From: a bacterium
GTDB lineage: Bacteria; Zhuqueibacterota; Zhuqueibacteria; Residuimicrobiales; Krinioviventaceae
DNA length: 64,000 nucleotides
Reading direction: 5' to 3'
Assembly (NCBI GenBank): GCA_963675755.2
Contig: CAXXMD010000002.1
Coordinates: forward strand, 960,001-1,024,000
The position numbers were made by a program, and so were the translations under genes. The notes below the pieces were generated by a model. It saw only the letters and a program-made list of their open reading frames with translations. It was not told the DNA's origin and did not search any database. Below are positions 10,096-20,722 of this stretch, piece by piece (position 1 is the first letter of the stretch; each line of letters starts with the position of its first letter).

Positions 10096-11888
10096 GCATA
10101 AAAGAAGAAGAAAAAATAAGTCAGGTACTTGACAGTCAACTTATTAAACGGTTGTTTGCATTTTTATTACCTTATAAATGGAAACTCGCACAAGCATTGC
10201 TGTTTCTGGTAATTTTTGCATTGTGTGAATTAGCTGGGCCCTATCTGATTAAAATTGCAATTGATAAAGAGATTGCTGCTAAAAACATACATGGATTAGC
10301 ACTTGTATCAGGAGTTTACCTGATAGTTATTACAGTTCAATTTATTGTCAATTATTTGAATCAATATATCACGCAATGGCTGGGTCAGCATGTGATGTAT
10401 GATATCCGCAAAATTGTATACGATCATATACAAAAGTTACCCTTGTCGTATTTTGACAAAAATCCTGTTGGCCGTCTGGTAACACGTCTTACAAATGATA
10501 TTGAAACCCTGAATGAAATGCTATCTAGCGGCGTTGTTTCATTATTTGGGGATCTATTTGTATTAATAGGAATTATTGCGGCCATGCTGCATTTAAATTG
10601 GAAGCTGGCCTTGTTAACATTTGCAATCATTCCTTTTATTTTTTATGCATCCTTTTTATTCAGGGTACGCGTTCGGGAATCATTTCGTAAGATCAGAGTG
10701 CGAATAGCTAAAATTAATACATTTCTGCAAGAAAATCTGTCTGGTATGGCAATTGTTCAATTATTCAACAGACAAGCACAAAACGAAACTGATTTTAAAG
10801 AACTCAATAAAGACCATATGCAGGCGCATATAGAAACCATCCGATATTTTGCCATATACTTTCCAACAATCGAGTTACTGAGTACGGCAGCACTTGCACT
10901 CATTATTTGGTATGGCGGTGTTCAGGTTTTTCATGATGCCGTAACCTTGGGTGTAGTAGTTGCTTTTATTCAATACGCTCAACGCTTTTTTCAACCTATA
11001 AGGGATTTGTCTGATAAATATAATATTCTGCAATCGGCAATGGCCTCAAGTGAACGTATTTTTCAATTGCTGGATACCCCCATTCAGCAAAATACATTAA
11101 AAGATGAAATAGAACCATCGGTTACAAAAGGTAAAATAGAATTTAGAAATGTAAATTTTTCTTATAAAGAAAATGAACCGGTATTAAAAAACGTCTCCTT
11201 TACTGTTGAACCGGGCGAAAAGATTGCAATTGTTGGGGCAACAGGTTCAGGAAAAACTACATTAACAAGCCTGCTTACACGTATGTATGAAGTAATTGAT
11301 GGAACTATTCTAATAGATGACCAGGATATTAGCCAGATCCCATTCAAAGAATTACGAAATAAAGTAGGAACCGTTCAACAAGACAATTTTATTTTCACAG
11401 GTTCAATACGTGACAATATTCAACTTGAAAATCCCGAAATTGATGATATAACCATACAAAAAGCAGCAACAAATGTGAATGCTGCTCCGTTTATAGAAAA
11501 ATTGCCAAAAAAATATGACCATAATTTATATGAAAGAGGCAGTAATCTTTCAATGGGTCAAAAACAGTTATTATCTTTTGCAAGAGCACTAGCCTATGAT
11601 CCGGATATTCTGATTATGGATGAAGCGACTTCAAACGTTGATACTGAAACGGAACTGTTGATTAGGGACGCTATCCAAAAGCTTCTCAGCAACAGAACAT
11701 CAATCATCATTGCACATCGCTTATCAACCATTCAATTTGTTGATCGAATTATTGTAATGCATAAAGGTGAAATTCGTGAAATGGGCACGCATGATGAATT
11801 GGTAAAACTTAAGGGAATTTACCACAGACTTTCAAGCCTTCAGTTTGATAATATGGAATTAAGTTATTCAAGTGAGGGAACGGCATGA
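10092..11888 (+). CDS. ABC exporter, fused TMD-NBD (MdlB/YheH-like partner subunit)
   Basis: GATGSGKT, degenerate signature LSMGQKQL, ILIMDEATSNVD; ATGA overlap with the upstream gene. Confidence 0.92.
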   Translation: MSIKEEEKISQVLDSQLIKRLFAFLLPYKWKLAQALLFLVIFALCELAGPYLIKIAIDKEIAAKNIHGLALVSGVYLIVITVQFIVNYLNQYITQWLGQHVMYDIRKIVYDHIQKLPLSYFDKNPVGRLVTRLTNDIETLNEMLSSGVVSLFGDLFVLIGIIAAMLHLNWKLALLTFAIIPFIFYASFLFRVRVRESFRKIRVRIAKINTFLQENLSGMAIVQLFNRQAQNETDFKELNKDHMQAHIETIRYFAIYFPTIELLSTAALALIIWYGGVQVFHDAVTLGVVVAFIQYAQRFFQPIRDLSDKYNILQSAMASSERIFQLLDTPIQQNTLKDEIEPSVTKGKIEFRNVNFSYKENEPVLKNVSFTVEPGEKIAIVGATGSGKTTLTSLLTRMYEVIDGTILIDDQDISQIPFKELRNKVGTVQQDNFIFTGSIRDNIQLENPEIDDITIQKAATNVNAAPFIEKLPKKYDHNLYERGSNLSMGQKQLLSFARALAYDPDILIMDEATSNVDTETELLIRDAIQKLLSNRTSIIIAHRLSTIQFVDRIIVMHKGEIREMGTHDELVKLKGIYHRLSSLQFDNMELSYSSEGTA

Positions 11889-12577
11889 AAAACAGGACTG
11901 TAGTTATAACCGGTGCAACCGGAGCTTTGGGGGGAACGGTTACCGAGCTTTTTAGGAAAGACAGCCAGGTTGCAGCTATTGCCAGGGATAAAGAGAAATT
12001 AAGTTTGCTTGAACACTCCGGTACTTCCCCATTGCCTATTTTGACAGTAGCTGCTGATATAACAAGCGCTGAACAAATTAAAATGGCAATTTCGAATATT
12101 ATTCAGGGATTTGGATCCATTGATATCCTTGTACATATTGCCGGCGGATTCAGCGGTGGTAAATCAATTGCTGATACAGATATTGACACCTGGGATGCAA
12201 TGATGAATTTGAATCTAAAATCTGCTTTTTTGTTTGCAAAATATGTTTTACCTGAAATGCAAAAACAAAAGCATGGTAAAATTATTACCATTTCTGCAAT
12301 GGCAGCAATACAGCAAAAACCAAATCGAGCTGCTTATGCGATCTCAAAATCTGGATTATTGACACTCACCAAAGCACTTGCAATTGAGTACAAATCAGAT
12401 AATATTCAGGTAAATTCAATTGCTCCTGGAATTATTAAAACAGAATCCAATATTGATGCGATGCCAGATGCTGACCATTCAGGTTGGATACCCACACAAA
12501 AAATTGCACAAACCATTCATTATCTTTGTTCTGAACAGGGAGATTCCATTACCGGTACAGTAATAGAAATGCCTTGA
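11885..12577 (+). CDS. Short-chain dehydrogenase/reductase
   Basis: TGATGALG nucleotide-binding motif, YAISK catalytic YxxxK, VNSIAPG. Confidence 0.92.
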   Translation: MKNRTVVITGATGALGGTVTELFRKDSQVAAIARDKEKLSLLEHSGTSPLPILTVAADITSAEQIKMAISNIIQGFGSIDILVHIAGGFSGGKSIADTDIDTWDAMMNLNLKSAFLFAKYVLPEMQKQKHGKIITISAMAAIQQKPNRAAYAISKSGLLTLTKALAIEYKSDNIQVNSIAPGIIKTESNIDAMPDADHSGWIPTQKIAQTIHYLCSEQGDSITGTVIEMP

Positions 12578-12581
12578 TTGC

Positions 12582-13094
12582 CTATCCTTTTATTTCTTTA
12601 TTCTCTTTTTCCGTCTTGAACAACTTGAATCCCCTGGCGATATAATTTTCAAGAGCAGCAGGATGATCTAAATTACAGGTATGCAGCCATACACGTTTCG
12701 CGCCAGTGTTCCACGCACGTTCAATTGCGTGTGTAAGAAATTGTCCGCCAAGGCCTTTGCCAATAAATTGCTTTAATAAACCAAAATAAACAATTTCAAC
12801 ATTCCCCTCTTTTTGTAGTTCCAACTCGAAATATCCTACTGGTGTATTTTTATAATACCCTATCCATGTTTCCAATTCTGGGCCAGTACCATAATGGTTC
12901 CATTGTTCTTCAGTCCATTCAAGCTTATCAATCCAGTCCCAATGGCTTCCCACAGCCATATAGAACATTTTATTTATTTCAGGACAATGAACATCAATCT
13001 TTTTCGAATAAAAATCATCATCGGTTTTGGTGGATGGAGTAAATTCATTTCTATTGTTCATTTCAAGATAATAAACAGTCATTTCAACATTCAT
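12582..13094 (-). CDS. GNAT-family N-acetyltransferase
   Basis: YFGLLKQFIGKGLGGQFL (motif A), VWLHTCNLDHPAALENYIARGF. Confidence 0.88.
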   Translation of the reverse strand: MNVEMTVYYLEMNNRNEFTPSTKTDDDFYSKKIDVHCPEINKMFYMAVGSHWDWIDKLEWTEEQWNHYGTGPELETWIGYYKNTPVGYFELELQKEGNVEIVYFGLLKQFIGKGLGGQFLTHAIERAWNTGAKRVWLHTCNLDHPAALENYIARGFKLFKTEKENKEIKG

Positions 13095-13095
13095 A

Positions 13096-13902
13096 TTAAT
13101 CTTCCCAATTGAAATAGACTGCAGTACCTCGGTTCATTTGCTGAAAAGATAATTCAAATCGATCCCCGGTTCTGGGTGTCCAAACATATGACCAGTTATC
13201 ACATATACCCGCCTGGCAAATGGGTTGATTATCGTTTAATATTTCAAGGCCAAAATAAAGCACATCCCCTTTATATTTAGAAATATCGCAAATTGTATTA
13301 AAAACCGGTTTACCAAATTTCCATTCAATGACAGGGAAATCCAGTTGAATGTCTTCATCATCAAATAAACCGGATACAAGTGCACCATCAAGTTGTTCAA
13401 GTACATTCTTGTCTATTACTTCATCTTCAAGAGTACTTGAATCAATGCATCCACCCCGCAGTATAGCATGATCGGGTAAAACTTTTGCAGGTTTAAACTG
13501 CAGATTTTCCACGCTCAAAATATCTTCATCATATAACATTTGTCCAAACAATTCTTGAACCAAAACAGCAACCGGTTCTGGTGGTACAAAAGTTTGTATG
13601 TCAGAATGTATAACCGTAACGTTGTTATAATTTTCCAGGCGTTTTTTAGCAATGTGATACATCTTGACATTTGTATCAACAGCATATACATGTTTTGCAC
13701 CCAACTTTGCCATATGCTCAGAAAGGATTCCAAATCCACAACCGGCCTCAACACAAACAGCATTTTCAATAAAATGTTTGTTTTGAGACAACATATCCAG
13801 ATAAGCATTGGTGCGATTCTCATCATCATATATACTTATAAAAGCCAATAGATCATCAATCTTGTTGAAACGATTTTCATTCAGCTCATTAATAATATCC
13901 AT
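13096..13902 (-). CDS. Class I SAM-dependent methyltransferase, protein-arginine methyltransferase (PRMT)-like
   Basis: DENRTNAY, VEAGCGFGILS, GAKHVYAVD, VLVQELFGQMLYDE (double-E-loop-like). Confidence 0.75.
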   Translation of the reverse strand: MDIINELNENRFNKIDDLLAFISIYDDENRTNAYLDMLSQNKHFIENAVCVEAGCGFGILSEHMAKLGAKHVYAVDTNVKMYHIAKKRLENYNNVTVIHSDIQTFVPPEPVAVLVQELFGQMLYDEDILSVENLQFKPAKVLPDHAILRGGCIDSSTLEDEVIDKNVLEQLDGALVSGLFDDEDIQLDFPVIEWKFGKPVFNTICDISKYKGDVLYFGLEILNDNQPICQAGICDNWSYVWTPRTGDRFELSFQQMNRGTAVYFNWED

Positions 13903-13912
13903 TGTTCACCTC

Positions 13913-13941
13913 AAAAAAAAAGCCCGCTAAAAAGCGGGACT
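13913..13941 (-). terminator. Intrinsic terminator after the TraB-family gene
   Basis: CCCGCT-TTTT-AGCGGG stem followed by U9 on the minus strand. Confidence 0.7.
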
Positions 13942-13967
13942 TGATATTCATAATATATAAAATTTTC

Positions 13968-15146
13968 CTAAAATGCTCTAACTGCAAGCCAGCTACCAGA
14001 TATAAAGGTACCCAATGAGCTACCTAAATTGGCAAGCACTACAACCAAAAGCACTCTGCTTACAGGATTTTTCCAAAATCCTTTTACAGATGTTATATCA
14101 TTGGCAAGGGCTTCAAAATCTGCAACGGTAGGTTTTTTAACCCAAACCTGTACTAGACCAGCCACCCAACCCGCGGCAATCATAGGATTCAAACTGGTTA
14201 TGGGAGCACCAACAAATGCAGAAAGGATGGTTAACGGATGAGCAAATGCAAGAGCTGCACCCAAAGCAGAAAGAATACCATTAACAAGCACCCATATATA
14301 GATAGATTGAATAGAATGATCCAAACCACCTCTAAAAAATCCTATTACCAATAATGCTAAAATTGCAACGGGTATACCCCATTTAATAATAGTAGGTACA
14401 ATAGATTTAGGGGGAAGTTTAGTAATCTCTGTTAAATCATTTTCATTTTGAATATGTTTTTGTATGCCCGGAACATGGCCGGCGCCAACAACAGCCACAA
14501 CTTTATTGCCTGGTGCATTTCTAATTTTTTCTGCCAAATAAACATCACGCTCATCAATGAGTCTTGACTTGACAGCAGGAAAAGCCTCGGCAAAAGTATC
14601 CAATATAGATTCCAATTGGTCCTGATTTTTCATCTCTTCTATAATATCATCATCAATTTCTTCACTAAATAAAAAACCAGCCAACAGATGAGACATCATT
14701 TTCATTTTATTCCAAAAATTCAGATATCCCCAAACACGTTTCAATGTAATTTCAATATCACGGTCAGCTAAAACGAGTTCTGCACCTGTAGCTTCACTTT
14801 GTTTAATTCCTTCAACCATTTCAGCACCTGGCTCTACACCCAACTGCTCACCCAGTTTACGGTAAAAAGAAGTCATGATTAATTGAGTTAATAAAAATAC
14901 TGCTTTTTTCTCTTTAATGACTTTGAAAATATTGAGGTTTTTCCATTTATCACGCTGAACAATTGATTGATGTCTTGATTTACAAAGTTCAATACAAATA
15001 GAATCAGGAGCAACATGTCCTACTGTTTTTTTAACATCCTCTACACTTTCCTTAGATACATGTGCTGTACCGATAAGATATATGTCTTTATCATTTGCTA
15101 CTACATGAGTTACACTTTTAGGTAACTGTTCAATAACGGGTTCCAT
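13968..15146 (-). CDS. TraB/PrgY (pheromone shutdown, TraB/GumN) family membrane protein
   Basis: LIGTAHVS, CIELC, PGAEM, LADRDIEIT, LIDERD, VVGAGHVPGI, C-terminal TM helices. Confidence 0.9.
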   Translation of the reverse strand: MEPVIEQLPKSVTHVVANDKDIYLIGTAHVSKESVEDVKKTVGHVAPDSICIELCKSRHQSIVQRDKWKNLNIFKVIKEKKAVFLLTQLIMTSFYRKLGEQLGVEPGAEMVEGIKQSEATGAELVLADRDIEITLKRVWGYLNFWNKMKMMSHLLAGFLFSEEIDDDIIEEMKNQDQLESILDTFAEAFPAVKSRLIDERDVYLAEKIRNAPGNKVVAVVGAGHVPGIQKHIQNENDLTEITKLPPKSIVPTIIKWGIPVAILALLVIGFFRGGLDHSIQSIYIWVLVNGILSALGAALAFAHPLTILSAFVGAPITSLNPMIAAGWVAGLVQVWVKKPTVADFEALANDITSVKGFWKNPVSRVLLVVVLANLGSSLGTFISGSWLAVRAF

Positions 15147-15242
15147 TAAAATTCCTTCATCGTAGTGTTAATTTAAACAAATTTTATTACGTAATCCTGG
15201 CTGTATTGTTTCCTTTATAAGCAGGTAAAGGTGGGATACTCT

Positions 15243-17465
15243 TTACAACTCGGGTTTAAGGATAACAGTGGCCAATGGTGGTACTGCCAAATTTAATGAA
15301 AACGGTTTACTGTGCCATGGCTTATCTTCACTATTGATACCACCAAGATTTCCTTTATTACTGCCCCAATAATTTATAGAATCGGTATTTAAAACTTCAC
15401 GATAATGAGCATTAAAAGGTACACCTATACGATAATTATCTCTATAAACCGGTGTAAAGTTACAAACAAAAACGAGCGTATCTTTGGGATCATCTGTTTT
15501 ACGCATGAATGAAATGATACTATTCTCAGAATCAAGAAAATCAATCCATTCAAAGCCTGACTCGTTAAAATCTACTTTGTACAAAGCAGGTTCATTCTGC
15601 ATTAAATGATTCAAATCTTTTACCAGGGATTGCAGTTTTTCATGGGGTTCAAAGTCTAACAGATGCCAATCTAAACTTTGAGATTCCCGCCATTCCTGCC
15701 ATTGCCCAAATTCTGATCCCATGAATAACAATTTTTTACCCGGGTGACCATACATGAAACCATACAATGCTCTCAGATTGGCAAACTTTTGCCAAAAATC
15801 ACCGGGCATTTTATCCAGCAAGGCGCGTTTTCCATGAACAACTTCGTCATGGCTCAAAACAAGCATAAAATTTTCATGAAATGCATACAAGAGAGCAAAT
15901 GTAATCATATTATGATGATATTTACGGTGCACAGGATCTTTACCAAAATATGTCAGAAAATCATTCATCCATCCCATGTTCCATTTCATATTAAAGCCGA
16001 GTCCCCCAAGATATGTGGGTTTGCTGACTCCCGGCCAAGCGGTTGATTCTTCAGCAATTGACAATGCTCCGGGGAAATAGCTAAAAATCAATTCGTTCAA
16101 TCGTTTCATAAACGAAATGGCTTCAAGATTTTCTCTACCGCCATACTGATTCGGTATCCATTGTCCACCTTCACGCGAGTAATCGAGATATAGCATGGAC
16201 GCAACAGCATCAACACGAATACCATCAATATGATATTTATCAAACCAGAAAAGAGCATTAGCTATTAAAAAATTCCGTACTTCATTACGTCCAAAATTAA
16301 AGATTAATGTACCCCAATCCTGATGTTCGCCCTTTCGGGGATCAGCATGTTCATATAAATGTGAACCATCAAAAAATGCCAGTGCATGCTCATCTTTGGG
16401 AAAATGTGCTGGTACCCAGTCAACAATAACACCAATATCATTATAGTGGCAATAATCAACAAAATATTGAAAATCTTCAGGATTCCCAAACCGGGTTGTT
16501 GGTGCGTAATATCCGGTTACCTGGTATCCCCAGGAGCCATCAAAGGGATGTTCCATTACCGGCAACAATTCTATATGGGTATAGCCCATTTCTTTAACAT
16601 ATTCAACCAGCTCCATAGCAAGTTGACGGTAAGATAAAAAAGAATCCGAATTTGAAGGATCACGTTTCCAGGAACCCAAATGTACTTCGTAAATGGATAT
16701 GGGCTGAGTTAACGGATCGGTATTGCGGCGGTTTTCCATCCACTCTTGATCATTCCATTCGTATTTATTAATATCACAAACTATGGATGCAGTATTGGGA
16801 CGTTTTTCATGCATAAACCCATAAGGATCCATTTTTAAATAAATGTTTCCTTGTTGGTCTTTGATTTCATATTTATAAACTTCGGTTCCAATTCCGGGGA
16901 TAAAAAGCTCCCAAACACCGGAGCCACCCAAACTACGCATTTGATGTTTACCGCCATGCCATTGGTTAAAATCTCCAACAACACTTACATTTCTTGCATT
17001 GGGGGCCCAAACAGCAAAATGCACACCCTCAATTCCATCAACAGTCATGAAATGTGCGCCCATTTTTTCATAAATTTTATGATGATCTCCTATACCAAAC
17101 AAATACAGGTCTTCATCAGATATTTGGGGTAAAAATATATAAGGATCATGAATAAAGCGTTCATGTCCATTTTCGGCAATAACATGAAATTGATAATTTT
17201 GAGGTTTTCGACGACCGCTCATAACAAGCTGGAAAAAATGTGGATTGTGGATAGACACCATCTCTGTTTCTTTTCCACTTTCAGGATCTCTAACAAACAC
17301 CTGTTTAGCATCAGGTAACCATGCACGAATAGCCCACATTTTGGTATTTTTAACCTGTACCTGGTGTGCCCCTAAAATTTGAAAAGGATCATGGTGTAAA
17401 TTACTTGCAATTTTTTCTACATCCGCTGGTGATACAAGTTCCTGAAAACTGTCGTCTTTTTTCAT
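15243..17465 (-). CDS. glgB: 1,4-alpha-glucan branching enzyme (GH13)
   Basis: [54 protein letters not shown]; ATG 17465 preferred over the longer ORF start. Confidence 0.96.
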   Translation of the reverse strand: MKKDDSFQELVSPADVEKIASNLHHDPFQILGAHQVQVKNTKMWAIRAWLPDAKQVFVRDPESGKETEMVSIHNPHFFQLVMSGRRKPQNYQFHVIAENGHERFIHDPYIFLPQISDEDLYLFGIGDHHKIYEKMGAHFMTVDGIEGVHFAVWAPNARNVSVVGDFNQWHGGKHQMRSLGGSGVWELFIPGIGTEVYKYEIKDQQGNIYLKMDPYGFMHEKRPNTASIVCDINKYEWNDQEWMENRRNTDPLTQPISIYEVHLGSWKRDPSNSDSFLSYRQLAMELVEYVKEMGYTHIELLPVMEHPFDGSWGYQVTGYYAPTTRFGNPEDFQYFVDYCHYNDIGVIVDWVPAHFPKDEHALAFFDGSHLYEHADPRKGEHQDWGTLIFNFGRNEVRNFLIANALFWFDKYHIDGIRVDAVASMLYLDYSREGGQWIPNQYGGRENLEAISFMKRLNELIFSYFPGALSIAEESTAWPGVSKPTYLGGLGFNMKWNMGWMNDFLTYFGKDPVHRKYHHNMITFALLYAFHENFMLVLSHDEVVHGKRALLDKMPGDFWQKFANLRALYGFMYGHPGKKLLFMGSEFGQWQEWRESQSLDWHLLDFEPHEKLQSLVKDLNHLMQNEPALYKVDFNESGFEWIDFLDSENSIISFMRKTDDPKDTLVFVCNFTPVYRDNYRIGVPFNAHYREVLNTDSINYWGSNKGNLGGINSEDKPWHSKPFSLNLAVPPLATVILKPEL

Positions 17466-17466
17466 A

Positions 17467-18147
17467 CTAATATCTTCTCTTTCTAGTTTCCCGAATAAAG
17501 AAAACAACACCTACACTAACTCCAAAATCCGTTGCGTCACTTTTAACTTTTTGACCTTCCACAGTGTGAGAAACAGCGTTCGCGATCTTTTGATATTTTA
17601 ATTCAAAATCAATATGCGGTCCCAAGCCAAGATCAAATAAAAAACCAGTATTCAATGCCCATCCCCAACGCGTCAGACTACTTTTGGTATCAGATAAAGG
17701 TTGTCCATAATCATAATAGTAATAATCATAAGAATAGGGTATTGTTTCAATAGTTCTAAATGTAAACAACCCACCCATTGGAGCGAGATATAAAGAAAAA
17801 CGTCCCAATTTAGTTGCAAACTGGGGGCCCAGCAAAAACTGGAATGATTCGTTACGGGTTTCAATATATGAATAAGGATCATATTGATAAATACTGGTAC
17901 GTTTTTCTCCAAAAGAAAGATAGGTTACATCAAAACGTGGAAGGAAGTATGGTAATGCATCTACACGGTAAAATACTTTGGCACCCAGACCTTCTCCATT
18001 TCTGGATATATCCGCAAATTCGGACTGTGGGAATGACATTGAAATATGGGGCCCAATTGCCCAATTGGTGTTCCAGTTTTTCTGGGCAAACCCCGAAGCT
18101 GCAAAAACAAAAACAAGAACAGCAATTGTATTATATAATTTCATCAT
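17467..18147 (-). CDS. Outer-membrane beta-barrel protein (OmpA/OmpW-like)
   Basis: Signal peptide, alternating amphipathic aromatic-rich strands, last strand [10 protein letters not shown]. Confidence 0.65.
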   Translation of the reverse strand: MMKLYNTIAVLVFVFAASGFAQKNWNTNWAIGPHISMSFPQSEFADISRNGEGLGAKVFYRVDALPYFLPRFDVTYLSFGEKRTSIYQYDPYSYIETRNESFQFLLGPQFATKLGRFSLYLAPMGGLFTFRTIETIPYSYDYYYYDYGQPLSDTKSSLTRWGWALNTGFLFDLGLGPHIDFELKYQKIANAVSHTVEGQKVKSDATDFGVSVGVVFFIRETRKRRY

Positions 18148-18293
18148 CTACTCCTTTTGACTAGAAAGGATTCACTTAACTTTTGTATATTCCACTTGGC
18201 AAATAAAAAAAAGTTTCCATATACTTGAACATATTAAAAAAAACAATACGGTTCAAGTAAAAAACCTGCAAACTCGGCTCGTAAAGATAGTAA

Positions 18294-19061
18294 TTATATC
18301 TGTTTACTAAACTCAACCAACGTACGATGGAATAAATGATTCAAACTCTCTAATCTCTTGTTGTCTATAGTTAGAGTCTTTGAGTTAAACCAGTTTGGAT
18401 GTAAATACAAAGATCGGTTAATTTCAATCTGTAACCAGGGAATAGGATTATAACCATATTCAGAAGTAATGTAACCTCCATTAAATGGTTTATTAATCAT
18501 AACCGTTCCTGCATCAACACCAAAATATTGTTGAAAACATTGGGCCAATATTCTGGTAATTCGATTGTCGCACGCCTGGCCGCTGTTATTACTTATGCAA
18601 ACCATTGGTCTTTTTTGGCCAGCATCTTGAGCTATAGGTGGCCCGGTCTCTGCCATTGAATGACAATCAAAACCAAAAACAATTTCACGTCTACGGACTG
18701 TTCTTTCAATTTTTTGATGATAAGGATAGTAATGTTTATCAAGCAAATCATTGAACAAGGAATTATCAGGAAAAAATCCATCCTTGTAGATCGTTTTTTC
18801 ATAACAGGTAATTGTTTTTATGACACCATCCGGATATTCCGGGGGTACCATAGATTCATGACGGTTCACATCAATATATGCCCGTGCAATATCCGCTTTT
18901 ACCACAGCTTCCACATTGTCTTTCAGGTCAAATATCTCTTGAGTAAATGCATCAGAATCTTCAAATATTCCCCGGGGGCCAATTTGGCTGTTGTCTTTAA
19001 CCTCTTTAGGAATTGATGTACCACCATGGGGTATGGAAATTATAAAAGGTAACTTGCTCAT
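18294..19061 (-). CDS. N-formylglutamate amidohydrolase (FGase/HutG-like) family protein
   Basis: SIPHGG, RAYIDVNR, YYPYH, DCHSM, PFNGGYIT, QIEINRSLY; alternative start at 19070. Confidence 0.88.
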   Translation of the reverse strand: MSKLPFIISIPHGGTSIPKEVKDNSQIGPRGIFEDSDAFTQEIFDLKDNVEAVVKADIARAYIDVNRHESMVPPEYPDGVIKTITCYEKTIYKDGFFPDNSLFNDLLDKHYYPYHQKIERTVRRREIVFGFDCHSMAETGPPIAQDAGQKRPMVCISNNSGQACDNRITRILAQCFQQYFGVDAGTVMINKPFNGGYITSEYGYNPIPWLQIEINRSLYLHPNWFNSKTLTIDNKRLESLNHLFHRTLVEFSKQI

Positions 19062-19078
19062 TAAACACATCCTTAAAT

Positions 19079-20710
19079 TTAAAAGCCAATAGCCGCGCCA
19101 TCCCGACGGATATCGGCAACTCCTTGAAATCCATTATTATTTTGCAACAACATTACAGCCTGAATACAACCAAGATAAAAAGAATAATCTTCACGCATAT
19201 CAATACGGAATCCTTTATCTTTTAAAAATTGGATCACTTTTTCTGAAATTCGTGATCCTTCAAGGCTCACTCTTCCACCGAGTGAACAATGTAATCTTGG
19301 CGCTTTCATAGCCTCGTCAATGGACAAGTTTTCATCAATAATACGAGATAAAAACAAAGCCAATGTAGAAATAATCCGCTCACTTCCCGGGCTTCCCAGT
19401 GACATCCACAATTCTTCATCATGAAACAACAAAGAAGGGCTCACTGTAGCCCAGGGCACCCCATTGGGGCGTAAATAATACGGATGTTCCGGATAATCAT
19501 ATTCATAATCAAATAAATAGTTGTTATAGAGAAATCCCAGTCCCTGTGCAGCAGCTTTACTTCCATAAACACGTTCAATGGATTGGGTAAGGCTTACCGC
19601 ATTACCGGCCTTGTCGATTACGGATAAATGAGTAGTATCTCCATGCAATTCATCCCGAGAAGGTATAAATGGTAAAATTGCTTTGTCAAAATCTTTAATT
19701 ATCTCCATAACACATTCACGTGCAAATAAAGGATCCAGCATATCTGCATTGTCTGCAATTTGTGGAAAAAAATTGGGATCAAATGGCCGGTCAGATCTTT
19801 CCAATAATGATTTTCGCATCAATTGTGCAAACAGATAATATCTGGTCACATCATCTTTGTATAAAATTTCTTTGGGAACCCAATCCAGCATCATCAAGGT
19901 AAACAATAATGTTCTACCGGATCCTGGCGGTGGCATTGTATAGATTTGCACATCTCTGAACGAACGCACAAGCGGCTCACGTTCAATGGGAAAGGGAATT
20001 AATGCCAGATCATCATAACGTAGCAATCCTCCATTCTCTCTCATATCCGCGTCTATCTGCTTGGCAATACTACCTCTGTAAAAGCTTTCAATTCCAGTTT
20101 CTGCAATCTCTTTTAACAGTCGTGCAAGATCTTTTTGTTTAAATATATCACCAGCGTTGTAAAGGGAGCCATCGTTATAAAAGTATGATAAACCGCTCTT
20201 TGAAATGACCTGTTCAAATTTATCCTTTTCTCTCTCCAACAAACTATGTTGCAGAGGAGTAACAGGGAAACCGCTTTCCGCATAATGGACAGCATTTTCC
20301 AATATTTGCGCCCAATCCAGGGATCCATATTTTTCATGTACATACCACAATGTTGCAAGCGTACTTGGGATAGTTGTAGCCCGGTAGCCCAAAGACTTGT
20401 CATACTCATAAATAGAACTGGAATGTGCAAGTGAAGGAGCCCGAGATGAACCATCAATGGCAAGTACTTTACCATCAATACGCAATAGCATCATGGTCTG
20501 GCCACCCAATCCGCTTGCCTGGGGTTCAGTTACAGATAAAACAAACGCTGCTGCAACTGCCGCATCAACTGCATTGCCTCCCTCCTTCAAAATCTGGCTG
20601 CCAGCTTTTGAAGCTTGAATTGATTGAGTGGCAATCATACCATTTTCTGCAAAGGAACATTTGGAATCAGATGTCTCCCGAAAACGGGATTCTATTTGTT
20701 TTATATCCAT
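19079..20710 (-). CDS. ggt: Gamma-glutamyltransferase family (Ntn hydrolase), no signal peptide
   Basis: GGNAVDAAVAAAFVLSVTEPQASGLGG, PPPGSG, nucleophile Thr in DTTHLSVIDKAGNAVSLTQS, GSPGS, APRLH, DIRRDG. Confidence 0.9.
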   Translation of the reverse strand: MDIKQIESRFRETSDSKCSFAENGMIATQSIQASKAGSQILKEGGNAVDAAVAAAFVLSVTEPQASGLGGQTMMLLRIDGKVLAIDGSSRAPSLAHSSSIYEYDKSLGYRATTIPSTLATLWYVHEKYGSLDWAQILENAVHYAESGFPVTPLQHSLLEREKDKFEQVISKSGLSYFYNDGSLYNAGDIFKQKDLARLLKEIAETGIESFYRGSIAKQIDADMRENGGLLRYDDLALIPFPIEREPLVRSFRDVQIYTMPPPGSGRTLLFTLMMLDWVPKEILYKDDVTRYYLFAQLMRKSLLERSDRPFDPNFFPQIADNADMLDPLFARECVMEIIKDFDKAILPFIPSRDELHGDTTHLSVIDKAGNAVSLTQSIERVYGSKAAAQGLGFLYNNYLFDYEYDYPEHPYYLRPNGVPWATVSPSLLFHDEELWMSLGSPGSERIISTLALFLSRIIDENLSIDEAMKAPRLHCSLGGRVSLEGSRISEKVIQFLKDKGFRIDMREDYSFYLGCIQAVMLLQNNNGFQGVADIRRDGAAIGF

Positions 20711-20722
20711 ACCTGTTGCCGA

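Noticed and set aside
17466-17510. Longer glgB start given by the ORF track
   Set aside because: Overlaps the upstream barrel gene by 44 nt; ATG 17465 directly follows its stop
18222-18259. TACTTGAAC...GTTCAAGTA inverted repeat upstream of the barrel gene
   Set aside because: AT-rich; cannot distinguish a weak terminator from an operator or chance; no second copy seen
18294-19061. Histidine-utilisation hutG
   Set aside because: No hutH/U/I/F in the window; context points to the ATP-grasp/GGT operon
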